Positions 9,269-19,590 of a stretch of DNA of 64,000 bases are shown here, piece after piece. The notes beneath the pieces are model-generated. The model had not been told where the DNA came from. It saw only the letters and a list, made by a program, of their open reading frames with translations, and did not search any database. The stretch lies in assembly GCA_000092065.1 (NCBI GenBank), contig CP000587.1; one strand, given 5' to 3'. Within the stretch, counting starts at the first letter, position 1. The number at the start of each line of letters is the position of its first letter. Position numbers and translations under genes: made by a program. This DNA is from Ostreococcus lucimarinus. Its lineage: Eukaryota.

Positions 9269-9843
9269 TCACGCCGTCTTCAACGCGATCCCGAGCGCGC
9301 GATCCCTCTTCGCGCCCATGCGCGCGCTCGCGCTCGCCAACGGCTTCGCCGCGTTTCGTCCGACGGTTTTCGTCCAAACGATGAACTGATACGACAACCA
9401 AAGTTTCCCCCCGAACGTGATGGGCTTGATGCATCCCCGGAAAAACAGCGACTCCGCCAACGACAGCGTCAATCTCTCCGCGTTCGCCGCTCGCAGCGCC
9501 GGCACGCGCGTCGTCGCTTTCGCCGTCTGCTTCGCCGCCGCCGCGAGCGTCTTCCGAAACAGCGGCGCCGCCTTCTCGGCCACCTTCGTCTTCGCGAGCG
9601 GCTTCAGCACCGTCCGCGACGGTTCGATCGCGTACGCCGCGATCCACGTCGACGCCGCGAACGCCACGGATATCACCTCGTGAAACCTGCGCGCGCGTCG
9701 TCGAGTCCGAGTCAGTCTTCGCGTCGTCTTCGCTTTATCCGCCTCCTTCGCGCGTCGCTCGCGCGCGTCACGCACACGAACGCCGGAACGACGTCCGTCG
9801 GGGTGAGTCCTTTATCGACGAAGTACTCGCGCGCGCGTCCCAT
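9269..9843 (-). CDS. Small hydrophobic protein, 2 exons (9843..9776 and 9686..9269); function unknown
   Basis: The supplied ORF 9269..9775 starts at GTG and has no internal ATG, yet its GC3 is about 90 percent. An exact intron signature lies at its 5' end on the minus strand: donor GTGCGT at 9775..9770, ACTGAC at 9716..9711, and acceptor CAG at 9689..9687. The upstream exon carries ATG at 9843 (MGRAREYFVDKGLTPTDVVPAF) and joins in phase to V-FHEVISVAFAASTWIAAYAIEP. Confidence 0.45.
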
Positions 9844-9908
9844 CGCGCGCGCGCGCGGCGGTTCGAAGTGACGCCCCTGGGCACCTCGACGTCACTCTCG
9901 AGCGCGCG

Positions 9909-10091
9909 ATGTCGACGGCGCGGTGCGCCCGCGCGCCGCGCGTCGCGCCCGCGCGCGCGCCGAGCGCGAGCGCGACGACGAAGCCGCGCGCTCGCGCGCG
10001 CGCGACGCGAGCGAGGGCGTTTTGGGATCGCTTCGGTGTTTCGAAGACGGATGACGTCCCGAGCGGTGAAAACGTCGACGCGGACGCGCGA

Positions 10092-10124
<33 letters not shown>

Positions 10125-11549
10125 CGCGCGGCGAAACCCACGGCAGAAGACTCGCTGAGCGCGCTGAGCGCGCTGCTCGGCGAGGACGAACGCGAGGCGA
10201 AAGCGGCGAGAGAGCTCGAGGAGGCGGACGCGCGGCGAGCCGAGGCGCAGGCGAGGGAACGCGAACGCAAGGAAGCCGGCGCGGCTCGACGACGCGAATT
10301 CGTCAAGGCAGACGCGGCGACGACGAGGATTCAAAGATTGCAGGCGGTGTTTTTAGACGTTCCGCTGGGGATGATGGATTTTTCGACGATGAAGGACAAG
10401 ACGCCGGGGGGCGAGGCGCTGGGGCCGGAACCGGAGTGGTTCAAGCTTCCCACGGAGGTGTTCGATAAGGTCACGGGCGAGCGGTTCGTGGTGGAGGAAG
10501 AGAGCGACAGTGGGCTGGAGTTGAAGCCCAAAGGCAGCGGCGAGAGCGAGGGAGACTCGGGCGAGATCGTGCGATTACCAGGAGAGTTTCAACTTCCCGT
10601 AATTCCGTACCCATTCGTGGCGACGCCTGGGACGTACGTGAGATTGAACTTGTTTGAGCCGCGTTGGTTGACGCTGTTCTCGAAGCTCATCCCGGGCGGT
10701 GACGAGAGCGCGACGGATAAAGCGACGGAATCACGACCGTCGAGCGAGGTGAAGACGGACGAGGACGGTTTCGGCGCGAGCACAGTTCGCCGACGCGTGT
10801 TGCGCGGAATCGATGGCAAGGCGAAAATCGATCTCAACGCTTTGCCAATCATCGAGGCGTACGAAACCGGCGCGCGCTCGTTCGACATCGTTCCCGGTTT
10901 CGGGCGATTGCCCGAGGACGAATTCGTCGACACGAACGCTTTCGGTGCGGTGTTTCGTGGGTTGGATGGGCAAATCGCGAGCGTGGGCACCACGATGGAG
11001 GTGCAAGCGCACGACGTCGTCGTCGACGGTCGTTTGTTGAGCGTGTGCGCCAAAGGAACGCGGCGTTTCAAGGTTTTAAGAGTGGCGCAGACCGAACCGT
11101 ACGTCATCGTCGACGCCGTGCCGATCGAAGACGACGACCAGTCTTCGGTCGTGACGCCAGACCAGGCGTCGGCGGAGGCGGTGAACGAGGTGTTCGATTT
11201 AATGAAAGTGGTCGACCCATATTACATGGAGGCGATCGGTTTAGAGGACGTCTCCAAGAGTGACGTGAAAGATATGACCGAGTTCGACTTAGCGAACGTC
11301 ATGTACTACACCCATCCGACGCTCGCGTTGAAGCTCTTGGCGTCGAAGGACTCCGCGCTGCGCAAGCGCGTCGTCCTCGCCTCGGCCAAGAGTTTCAAGC
11401 GCGCCATCGAGCTCGGGTTCACCCCTCGCAAGAGTCGACTATTATCGTCCTTCGTCAATTTGGCGTTATTATTCGGCGTCGGTTTCACCATTCTCGCCAT
11501 TAAGAACGCGCTCGAGGGCGACCCGTCCGGGTTGGATGATTTTTACTAG
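9909..11549 (+). CDS. Lon protease N-terminal (substrate-binding, PUA-like) domain protein with a C-terminal transmembrane segment
   Basis: ATG at 9909. FQLPVIPYPFVATPGTYVRLNLFEPRWLTLF and the later DVVVDGRLLSVCAKGTRRFKVLRV match the LON_substr_bdg pattern. No AAA or protease domains are present. The C-terminal LALLFGVGFTILAI segment is hydrophobic. Confidence 0.6.
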
Positions 11550-11694
11550 GCGACGGGCGACGACGCGCAGACGCGCCCGCGCAGCAGCACGCACGCACGA
11601 CGTAGATTTATCACTCACACACGATGGATTTATCATTCACACGCGCCGCGTCTACCCCACCCCCATCGCATCGCGCGCCGTCCGCCGCCCGCGC

Positions 11695-12078
11695 TCAGTT
11701 CCCGACGACCACCATCCACGGCCTGATCGCGTACCTCGGCACGAGCCCCGCGACGTAGTACGCGTCCGCCTTCACGAACGCCTCGATCTCCTCGCGCTCG
11801 CAATTCTTAAACACGAACACCCCCTGATCGACGGGATCGAGCAACGCGCCCGCCATGACCACCTTCCCCTCCTCGTGCGCGCGCCGCGCGCCCGCGAGGT
11901 GCGCCTCGCGATGCGGCGCGCGCTTCTCGAGCATCCCGTCGACGTAGTCGAGCGTCAGCAGCGCGTACGCGTTCGAACCGTCCGCGTTCGCCGCCATCGC
12001 GACGACACCGCGTCGCGCGCGCGCGACGCGTCGCGGCGGCGCCGCGACGACGGCGCGCGTCGACGCGCGAAGCGCCAT
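11695..12078 (-). CDS. YciI-like (Dabb-fold) protein
   Basis: ORF 127 aa with ATG at 12078. YALLTLDYVDGMLEKRAPHREAHLAGARRAHEEGKVVMAGALLDP resembles the YCII-related domain. Confidence 0.65.
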   Translation of the reverse strand: MALRASTRAVVAAPPRRVARARRGVVAMAANADGSNAYALLTLDYVDGMLEKRAPHREAHLAGARRAHEEGKVVMAGALLDPVDQGVFVFKNCEREEIEAFVKADAYYVAGLVPRYAIRPWMVVVGN

Positions 12079-12539
12079 CGAGTGGCGCCGCGCGCGTTTT
12101 CCGCATATTCTATTATATTATCGCCTAGGTATGGGTAATTAGCGCGCGCGAATAACGACCCTGGAACGCGCGAGGGGGGGGTCGACGACGAGTCGCGACC
12201 CGTCGCGAACGGTTTTCCGCGACCGCCGTCGAATCCCGCGGATCCCGGCCGCCGGACGTCGGGGCGCTCGGGGCGCTCGGCACCGCACACCCGCGCGCAC
12301 GGAATCGCGCGCGACCGAACGCGCGCGCGCGCTTCGCCCGAGCGACGCGCGACGAACGACGCGCGTCGTTTTTCTTCGCTCGACGGCGTCGACCGCGTCG
12401 CGCGCGCGTCGACGGCGACTCGGCGTCGACGGCCGACGCGTCGCGAAGCATCGATCGCGGATTCGTTCGCGAAGGGTGACGAATCCGAATCGCGACGCGC
12501 GCGCGCGTCGAGCGCGCGGGCGCGGCGCGGTCGAGCGCG

Positions 12540-14282
12540 ATGGCGACGACGACGATGGTTGGGTGCGGTTTTAAGGCGGCGAACCGCCGGGGCGCGAGCT
12601 TCGCGCGTCGCGCGCGCGTCGGCGAGGCGCGCGTCGCGCGCGCGCGGTTCGCGACGCGACCGATGCGCGCGGCGGCGGTGGACTCGGGCGCGGGATTCGC
12701 GGAAGCGGTGCGTCGGCGAACGCGCGAACGCGACGAACGCGAGCGCGCGCGATTCGCGAAAACTGTGCGCGTCGAGCGCGCGTCGCGCGCGGCGCGGGGG
12801 GGGACGCGCGCGACGACGCGAGGCGCGAACGCGAGGCGGTGGGGGAACCACCGCGTCCCTAGGCGAAAGGATAGGATGGGTTTTGCGGCGCGACGCGCGG
12901 GCGAGCGAGGAGACGCGACGGAGGCGGTGACTGACGAACGCGCGGTGTTTTGGATGAAACAGGAAGGCACGGCGAAGGAGCGATCGTTCGATGCGTCGAT
13001 GCGCGTGCCGACGAGCATGGCGAGAATCGGGCGGCAGCTCGGCGGCGGCGGCGCGGCGACGCTGGAGAAGGCTGGGCTGAGCATGCAGCAACAGGCGCAG
13101 GTGTCGAGCCCGAAGCTCGCCGACGGCGGCGGTGGTGGGAATAACGGTGGTAAGATTAACAACGGTGGTGGTGGCGGTGACGGCGACGAAGGGGACGACG
13201 ATGATTACTTTGAGGAGGGGGACGACGACGACGGCGAGGAGGGATTTTTTAGCACGAGGGCGGCGATCGGAGAGACGTTTGACAGAAAGGCTATTCAGGC
13301 GGTTTTGTCTGAGTGGTTCAAGACCATGGAATCGCTTCCAGGTGGTATTCGCATGGCGGTGGAGATGGGCATCGTGTCCTCTCTCGCTCTCGTGCGTTTC
13401 ATGAGCGTCAACGTGCGCCCGAGCGTGGTGCGCGCCGTCTCGCGCGGAACGCCGCAAGCGTTTTCCCGCGCCTTTGTCGGTCGCCTCATGGCTGATCCCG
13501 CGTTCTTGTACAAACTCGCGTTCGAGCAAGTGGTGACGATCGGTGCGGCGACGATGTACGAAGTCGCCCATCGTGGCGAGCGTTTGAAGTCGGAGTGGGA
13601 CCTCGCGCTGAGCAACATCATGCAGTTGTCCCTCGCGAACGCCTTGACGGTTTGGTGCTGCACGCCGGTGCGATCCTTCGGGTCGTCCGCGACGAACGGT
13701 TTCCAAAAGTTCATGGCGACCATGCCGAACAACGCGTTCGACCGTGCTGGTCCTTTGCGCCAGTACACCAACGCGACTCGTGGGTTGAGCGTCGTCACCA
13801 AAGCCGCGGAATTATCCGCCGTGGGCGTGTTGACGGGCGGGGCGTTCTCCGCCATCAACACTGGGTTGTTGGCCTTGCACAAGAACAAGAAGGGCGAGCA
13901 ATGGGAACCGGCGATTCCGGTCCCGGATCTCAAGACTTCGGCTCTCGGCATGGGCGCCTTCCTCGGCATCTCGTGCAACTTGAGATACCAGCTCCTCGGC
14001 GGCGCCGATCGGTGGATGACGGAGCACCTCACGTCGTTGGCGTCCTCCGTGTCCGCCACCGCGTTAGGCCGCGTCATCAACAACCAGCTGGGTGAGCCCA
14101 CGCGATTGTTCGCGTTGGGTCTTCCCATGCACGCGTCGTTGGCGCAAACCGCCGGCTCAGCCATTCCTCAGTTGACCAAGAAGAAGGTGGTCAAGAAGCG
14201 AAGAAAGGTTGCGAAGAAGCGCGTCGCGGCGGCGGCGGCGACGACGACGGCGACGCCCGAAGTCCCGATGGCCACCGCTTAA
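12540..14282 (+). CDS. RETICULATA-related (DUF3411) plastid envelope protein; candidate intron at 12765..12962
   Basis: ATG at 12540. The C-terminal 300 aa (LSEWFKTMESLPGG...FQKFMATMPNNAFDRAGP...NTGLLALHKNKKGEQWEPAIPVP...GISCNLRYQLLGG) match the RETICULATA/RER DUF3411 family. A GTGCGC donor at 12765, ACTGAC at 12930..12935 and a CAG acceptor at 12960..12962 would remove 66 low-complexity codons in frame. Confidence 0.7.
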   Translation: MATTTMVGCGFKAANRRGASFARRARVGEARVARARFATRPMRAAAVDSGAGFAEAVRRRTRERDERERARFAKTVRVERASRAARGGTRATTRGANARRWGNHRVPRRKDRMGFAARRAGERGDATEAVTDERAVFWMKQEGTAKERSFDASMRVPTSMARIGRQLGGGGAATLEKAGLSMQQQAQVSSPKLADGGGGGNNGGKINNGGGGGDGDEGDDDDYFEEGDDDDGEEGFFSTRAAIGETFDRKAIQAVLSEWFKTMESLPGGIRMAVEMGIVSSLALVRFMSVNVRPSVVRAVSRGTPQAFSRAFVGRLMADPAFLYKLAFEQVVTIGAATMYEVAHRGERLKSEWDLALSNIMQLSLANALTVWCCTPVRSFGSSATNGFQKFMATMPNNAFDRAGPLRQYTNATRGLSVVTKAAELSAVGVLTGGAFSAINTGLLALHKNKKGEQWEPAIPVPDLKTSALGMGAFLGISCNLRYQLLGGADRWMTEHLTSLASSVSATALGRVINNQLGEPTRLFALGLPMHASLAQTAGSAIPQLTKKKVVKKRRKVAKKRVAAAAATTTATPEVPMATA

Positions 14283-14469
14283 ACAGGATGGAAGAAACAA
14301 AACGAAATTGCTAGATACTCGCGCAGCGTTCGCGTCCGCATTCGGACTCGGACATAGTCAGAATCTTGTGTGTTGTAAAGAACCGTCAGAAACCTGGCTC
14401 GACGCCGCGTCGCGCCTCGCTCGCCCTCGTCACTCCGCGCCGCGCGTCCGCCGCGCGACGTCGCGCGCG

Positions 14470-16437
14470 ATGTCGGCCGCGTCACCATCGCGCGCGCTCG
14501 CGCGCGCGCGCGCGGCGAGCGCGTCCTCGACCGCGCCGTCGTCGTCGACGGAATCGCCGCCGGCGTCGCGACGACCTCGCGCGCGTCCGCGCCGCGCGCG
14601 CGCCGCGACGCTTCGCGCGGTGACGCCGCGCGACGCCGAAATCATGACCCGCGTGTGCGAGCTCGCGCGCGCGCGCGAGGGCATCGCGGCGCCGCACCCG
14701 CTGAGCGCGTGCGCGGTGACGCGAGGCGACGGCGACGTCGTCGTCGAGGCGACGCACGCGGGACAAGGGTCCACGCGGGCGGAAATCGCGTGCGCGGACG
14801 AGATGCGGCGACGGGGCGCGACGCTGAACTCGAGCGATCGAGGGACGGTGTACGTGAACCTGGAGCCGGCGCACGGGGAGGTGGCGGGGGAGACGCGGAG
14901 CGTGGAGGCGCTCGCGGCGACGGGGGCGACTCGCGCGGTGGTCGGGATGTTGCATCCGCTCCCAGGATTGCGAGGACGCGCGGTGCGAGCGCTGAGAGAG
15001 CGAGGGATAGAGGTGTGCGTGCTCGAGGGCGAGGCCGAGGGGTTCGAGGGCGAGGCGGCGCGAGCGTGTCGAGAGACGAACGAGGCGCTGTTGTATCGCG
15101 TCGCCACGGGTTTGCCGTTTAGCGTGTACAAGTACGCGATGACGCTCGATGGGAAGATTGCGACTGATACGGGACATTCGTCGTGGGTGACCGGTGCCGA
15201 GGCGCGCGAAATGGTGTTTCGCGAGCGGAAGCGTGCGGACGCTGTGGTCGTCGGCGGCGGAACGGTGCGGAAGGACAATCCGAGGCTGACGTGTCGCGAA
15301 GAGACTGGGTTCCAACCTGCTCGAGTCGTTCTCACTCGATCTCTCGACTTGCCCGAAGACGCAAAGCTGTGGAATGTCCGCGGTGTGGCGCCGACGATAG
15401 TGTGCACCACGAAGGGCGTGAAACCGGAATTCCAAAACGCGCTGCGCGCCAAGGGCGTCGAAGTGGTGGAATTCGATGAACTCACACCCCTCGCCGCGGC
15501 GCAGTACATGTTCAAGAGAGGATTTTTGAGATGCTTTTGGGAGTGCGGCGGTGGTCTCGCAGCGCCGGCGATGAAGAGCGGAGTGTTTCACGAGGTTCTA
15601 GCATTCATCGCGCCAAAGCTTGTTGGCGGCGGCGCGCTCGCGCCGACGCCTCTGGGCAACTTGGGCATAGAAGCCATGCACGACGCGTTGCCATTATCCG
15701 GCGTGCGTCTCGAAATATACGGGCGTGACATTCTCATTCGTGGCTACGTCCCGAACTCGCACAGCACGGGACGACTAAGCCAGCTCGCGAGCGCCGGATA
15801 TAGCGTTCGCGGGTTGGAGTTCAACGTCGGTGAGAGCTCGGACGACGATGAACGCACCGATGATGGATCACTCATTTCCGTCGAGCGAGCGGTAGCATCA
15901 CTCGTGAACGACGATGAAGTTTGCGATATGGATAATCTTCCACCGGTTAAATTTTACAAAGCCTGGGACGAGTATGGAGCGCTGAGCAACTTTTCCCCGT
16001 TTCCCGTGAGCGTCGACGGCGTGGAATGGCCCACGGTTGAACATTACTATCAGGCACAAAAGTTCGCCGGCGTGCACAACGACATCGCACGCGAGTCGTT
16101 TGAGAAAATCAAACTCGCAGAATCACCTGAGGCGGCAGCAAAAATCGGTCGAAGCGCTCAAGCCGCTCATCCCGAAAGCGTTCGAAAGGATTGGGACGAT
16201 GTCAAGGTTGACGTCATGCGACGAGCGCTGACGGAGAAGCTAGTAAGGTATGAAGGACCAAGGACGTTGCTCATGGAATCTGTTTGCACCGATGGTCGTG
16301 TGCGCGTCATCGAAGACTCCCCGGTTGATGGCGTATGGGGCGCCGGTCGAGACGGAACTGGCCAAAATTTACTGGGGGCGCTGCTCGTGAATATCAGAGA
16401 AGATCTCGTGAGCGGGCGTTTAGACGTTGAAAAATGA
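14470..16437 (+). CDS. Riboflavin biosynthesis RibD-like deaminase/reductase fused to a C-terminal DUF1768 (YbiA-like N-glycosidase) domain
   Basis: ORF 14209..16437 overlaps the upstream gene, so I take ATG at 14470. It carries a cytidine-deaminase-like region (EIACADE...VYVNLEPAHG), a RibD C-terminal reductase region (FSVYKYAMTLDGKIATDTGHSSWVTG...VVVGGGTVRKDNPRLTC), and a DUF1768 region (FSPFPVSVDGVEWPTVEHYYQAQKF), as in plant PHS1/PYRR-type fusions. Confidence 0.8.
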   Translation: MSAASPSRALARARAASASSTAPSSSTESPPASRRPRARPRRARAATLRAVTPRDAEIMTRVCELARAREGIAAPHPLSACAVTRGDGDVVVEATHAGQGSTRAEIACADEMRRRGATLNSSDRGTVYVNLEPAHGEVAGETRSVEALAATGATRAVVGMLHPLPGLRGRAVRALRERGIEVCVLEGEAEGFEGEAARACRETNEALLYRVATGLPFSVYKYAMTLDGKIATDTGHSSWVTGAEAREMVFRERKRADAVVVGGGTVRKDNPRLTCREETGFQPARVVLTRSLDLPEDAKLWNVRGVAPTIVCTTKGVKPEFQNALRAKGVEVVEFDELTPLAAAQYMFKRGFLRCFWECGGGLAAPAMKSGVFHEVLAFIAPKLVGGGALAPTPLGNLGIEAMHDALPLSGVRLEIYGRDILIRGYVPNSHSTGRLSQLASAGYSVRGLEFNVGESSDDDERTDDGSLISVERAVASLVNDDEVCDMDNLPPVKFYKAWDEYGALSNFSPFPVSVDGVEWPTVEHYYQAQKFAGVHNDIARESFEKIKLAESPEAAAKIGRSAQAAHPESVRKDWDDVKVDVMRRALTEKLVRYEGPRTLLMESVCTDGRVRVIEDSPVDGVWGAGRDGTGQNLLGALLVNIREDLVSGRLDVEK

Positions 16438-16471
16438 TTAGCTAAACTAGGAATTTGTTCACGACAATTGT

Positions 16472-18370
16472 CTACGTTGAACTCAGCATGCTATGGATTT
16501 CGCGTAACAGAGCCTTGGCCGCGTGTTTCGCCGGTCCCGGCGCGTCCAAGAGGCGCACGCACGCGGCTTCGGCTTCTTCGAGTCGTCGCTCCTTCTTATA
16601 AAACTGAGACAAAAACTCCAACGCCTCGATCTTCTCGTTACTATCGGCGTCTAAGACCTCGGCGTCTAAGCGCTTGAGATTGAGGAGATAGTAATGCGCC
16701 GCCGCCTTTTCATTCTTCTCTCTGTGGAGAGTGGCAAGTTTGGATAGTGCGATGCCTTCGCGCTCGTTGTTCGCCACGGCGCGTTGATAGCATCGGATCG
16801 CGGACTGAAACAAACGGAGCTGGTCGGACTCGTAGCACTGACCCATCGCACACCACATTCGTGGATCCGACGGACGAAGTTTGACCGCTTGTTGGTAGTA
16901 GTAGAGCGCGTAATAAGGCATTTGTAAGATTTCGTACGTCTGTCCCAAGCCGTACCACGCGCGATAATCGCGCGGGTTGATGTCCACTGCGTGTCTGTAC
17001 GCGTCGATGGCCGCCGCCGGGTTTTTCATCTCCACGTACTCGTGTCCCATCAAAGTCCAGGCGCTCAAGTATCGCGGGTTGAGCTTCAGCGCGCGCTTGA
17101 AGTACACCACAGCCTTGGCGTGCATCGATTTCAGCGAGTAGTAATTGCCGACGACGCAACAAGTCTCGGGGGTGTACTTATCGGTGGCGACTAAGTGATG
17201 CGCCAAGTGCGAGAGCTCGGCGAACGATTCCTTCACGTACAGGACGTTTGAATAATTATCCATGCCATCGATACGATACGGATCCAAATCTCGAATGTCC
17301 TTGTAAATTTCCTGCGCCTCATCGAATTCGCGCAAGTTGTAGTGCGCCTCCGCCATGTGTCCCAGCAACAGCTTACTCTGCGGGAATTCTTTCCCGAGCG
17401 ACACGAAGGTGTCCAAGCTTTCTTTGTTCTTTTGCATTTCGAGTTGAAAGACGCCGATGAACCAGCGATAGACCCAATGCTCGCGCGGAAGATCGAGCGC
17501 CTGCTCTTCCTCCTCGCTCGTCAACATCGGAATCAACGCCTGCCACGCGCTCCAATTGAGCGGGTACTTCCGACACGCCTCCGCGAGCAAATCTTTCGCC
17601 TGCGTCGGCTGTCCACTCTCCCGACAGACGATGCCGTGAAGATAGGTCAAAAACCCATCCTTCGCTCCCGAATAATCCTGCGCGCGAAGCCACTCGCTCA
17701 ACGACTCGAGCTCGGCGTTCGTCCCCGCGTTCGGCTCTGGCGCTTGTTTCCGCGCCCCGATCGACGGCGTCTGCGACGAATCCACCGCACCCGCCCCCCC
17801 ATCGACGTCCCCCCCCCCCACCGCGCTCGCCTGCCCCTTACTCTTCTCCCCCGCTAAAAACGTCGCGTACTCTCGCAAAAACGTCTGCAACGGCGCGTTC
17901 GCCTCTCGCAGCGCGTGCGCGCACCGCCTGTACTCCCCCAGATCAAAATACGCCTTCGCGAGCGAGTACGCGTCGTCCATCATCGCCTCGTCCTCGTCCT
18001 CGTCCTCGTCCATCGCCGCGCTCGTCGCCGTCGCGCCGTCCGCGTCCGCGTCCGCGCGCGCCGTCTCGAGTCCACACAGCTGTTCGCACGCCCACGCCGC
18101 CGCGCGCGTCAGCCCGCGCGCGCGACACCTCGCGATCGCGTCCCTGAGTTCGCGCGCGCGTCCCGCGTCGCCGCTCGCGTCGCCGCGGCGTCCCATCGCC
18201 ATCGCGTCGCCGACCGACGGCGCGCGCGCGTTTGAATCGCGGCGCCGCGCGGGGCGACCGACCGCGCGGGCGTCCGATTTTTTAACGTCTTCGCGCCGCG
18301 CGGCGTCGTACACCGAGACGCGCGAACGCCATCGGCGTCCGCGCGTCCGCGCGTCCGAGCGATCCGCCAT
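16472..18370 (-). CDS. CDC23: Anaphase-promoting complex subunit 8 (CDC23), TPR protein
   Basis: The ORF's first codon at 18373 is GTG, and the real ATG is at 18370. It has the typical APC8 N-terminus (YSLAKAYFDLGEYRRCAHAL) followed by multiple TPRs (YRAWYGLGQTYEILQMPYYALYYYQQAVKLRPSDPRMWCAMGQCYE). Confidence 0.85.
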   Translation of the reverse strand: MADRSDARTRGRRWRSRVSVYDAARREDVKKSDARAVGRPARRRDSNARAPSVGDAMAMGRRGDASGDAGRARELRDAIARCRARGLTRAAAWACEQLCGLETARADADADGATATSAAMDEDEDEDEAMMDDAYSLAKAYFDLGEYRRCAHALREANAPLQTFLREYATFLAGEKSKGQASAVGGGDVDGGAGAVDSSQTPSIGARKQAPEPNAGTNAELESLSEWLRAQDYSGAKDGFLTYLHGIVCRESGQPTQAKDLLAEACRKYPLNWSAWQALIPMLTSEEEEQALDLPREHWVYRWFIGVFQLEMQKNKESLDTFVSLGKEFPQSKLLLGHMAEAHYNLREFDEAQEIYKDIRDLDPYRIDGMDNYSNVLYVKESFAELSHLAHHLVATDKYTPETCCVVGNYYSLKSMHAKAVVYFKRALKLNPRYLSAWTLMGHEYVEMKNPAAAIDAYRHAVDINPRDYRAWYGLGQTYEILQMPYYALYYYQQAVKLRPSDPRMWCAMGQCYESDQLRLFQSAIRCYQRAVANNEREGIALSKLATLHREKNEKAAAHYYLLNLKRLDAEVLDADSNEKIEALEFLSQFYKKERRLEEAEAACVRLLDAPGPAKHAAKALLREIHSMLSST

Positions 18371-18513
18371 CACTTTTTATCGACGACGCGCGTGCGCGAT
18401 CATGGGCTTAAATGCGCGTTGAATGCGGACGTCGATCGCGACCGTCGATCGCGGTGGTCGATCGCGCGATCTCGCGCGCGCGATCGGCATTCCTGCACAC
18501 GCACATTTCTGCA
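18371..18513. promoter_or_regulatory. Divergent (bidirectional) promoter region between CDC23 (minus) and LHC (plus), 143 bp
   Basis: The two start codons face away from each other. The intervening sequence is GC-rich with no ORF. Confidence 0.35.
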
Positions 18514-19590
18514 ATGTCTGCCCTTCTCGCTTCCTCCTTCGTCGGCCGCGTCGCCGCCTTCAAGGCGACCAAGATCCAAGTGCGTATTTTTTCGAGCGCG
18601 CGCGCGACGCGCGGACGCGCGGCGCGGCGCGGAGGCGTCGCGCGACGCGCGCGAACGCGGGGCGGGCGCGGATGCGTATCGTATCTCGCGGGCGCGCGCG
18701 TGGGCGCGCGTGGGCGCGCGCGGGCGCGCGGACGGGCGCGGGGGGGGGGAGAAACGAGCGAGTGGGAATGTTTCGCGTCGTTCGCGGGCGCGGCGGGCGC
18801 GGCGGGCGCGGCGCGCGCGCGTGGGGGGGTGGATACGCGCGCGCGGTGGATGCGCGGATACGATACGGTTTTCGGGGAGATCTTTCCGGGGGCGACCGAC
18901 CGACCGATTGGATGACCGAGAGACTGACGACTATGATTTTTCGCTCGATCGCAGGCCAAGTCTGTCTCCACGACCGTCAAGGCTGACATCTACCCGGAAT
19001 TCGGTACCTACCCGGGCGGTGGCGAATCCCCGATCATCCCGTTCGGCGATGAAAAGAACGCCGAGCGCGAAGTGATCCACGGCCGCTGGGCGATGCTCGG
19101 CGTCACCGGCGCGTGGGCCGCCGAAAACGGCACCGGCATCCCGTGGTTCACCGCGGGTACCTTGTGCACCCCGGATGACTGCACCGCCGTCGCGGACAAG
19201 TTCCCGGGCGCCGTCGCCCCGCTCGCGCCGGAAGGCTCTGGCTACCCGTCCTTCTGGAACGTTCTCATCATCGAGATCGTTCTCGTCGGCGCCGCGGAAG
19301 CGTACCGTACCGGTATCTCCGACTCTCCGTTCGATGATGGCCTCACCGTCGGTGACGTCAACCCGGGTGGACGCTTCGACCCGCTCGGCCTCGCCGAGTC
19401 TGGCGACCTTGAAGAACTCAAGATCAAGGAGCTCAAGCACTGCCGCTTGTCCATGTTCGCGTGGTTGGGCTGCATCTTCCAAGCGCTCGCCACCCAAGAA
19501 GGCCCGATCGCCAACTGGCAATCCCACGTTGCGGACCCGGTTCACTCCAACGTCCTCACCAACGCGGCCAAGGGCTTCGGCTTCTACTAA
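18514..19590 (+). CDS. Light-harvesting chlorophyll a/b-binding protein (prasinophyte Lhcp-like), 2 exons with an intron at 18580..18954
   Basis: Exon 1 (18514..18579, MSALLASSFVGRVAAFKATKIQ) ends at donor GTGCGT. A 375-nt G-rich intron has ACTGAC at 18923..18928 and an acceptor CAG at 18952..18954. Exon 2 reads AKSVSTTVKADIYPEFGTYPGGGESPIIPFGDEKNAEREVIHGRWAMLGV...ELKIKELKHCRLSMFAWLGCIFQA, giving LHC helices 1 and 3. Stop TAA at 19588..19590. Confidence 0.85.

Noticed and set aside
14209-14469. Apparent 74-nt overlap of the RER gene 3' end with the RibD ORF 5' end
   Set aside because: The RibD ORF is simply open upstream of its real start. The first ATG after the RER stop is at 14470, and a TGTAA lies at 14375, consistent with two separate non-overlapping genes.
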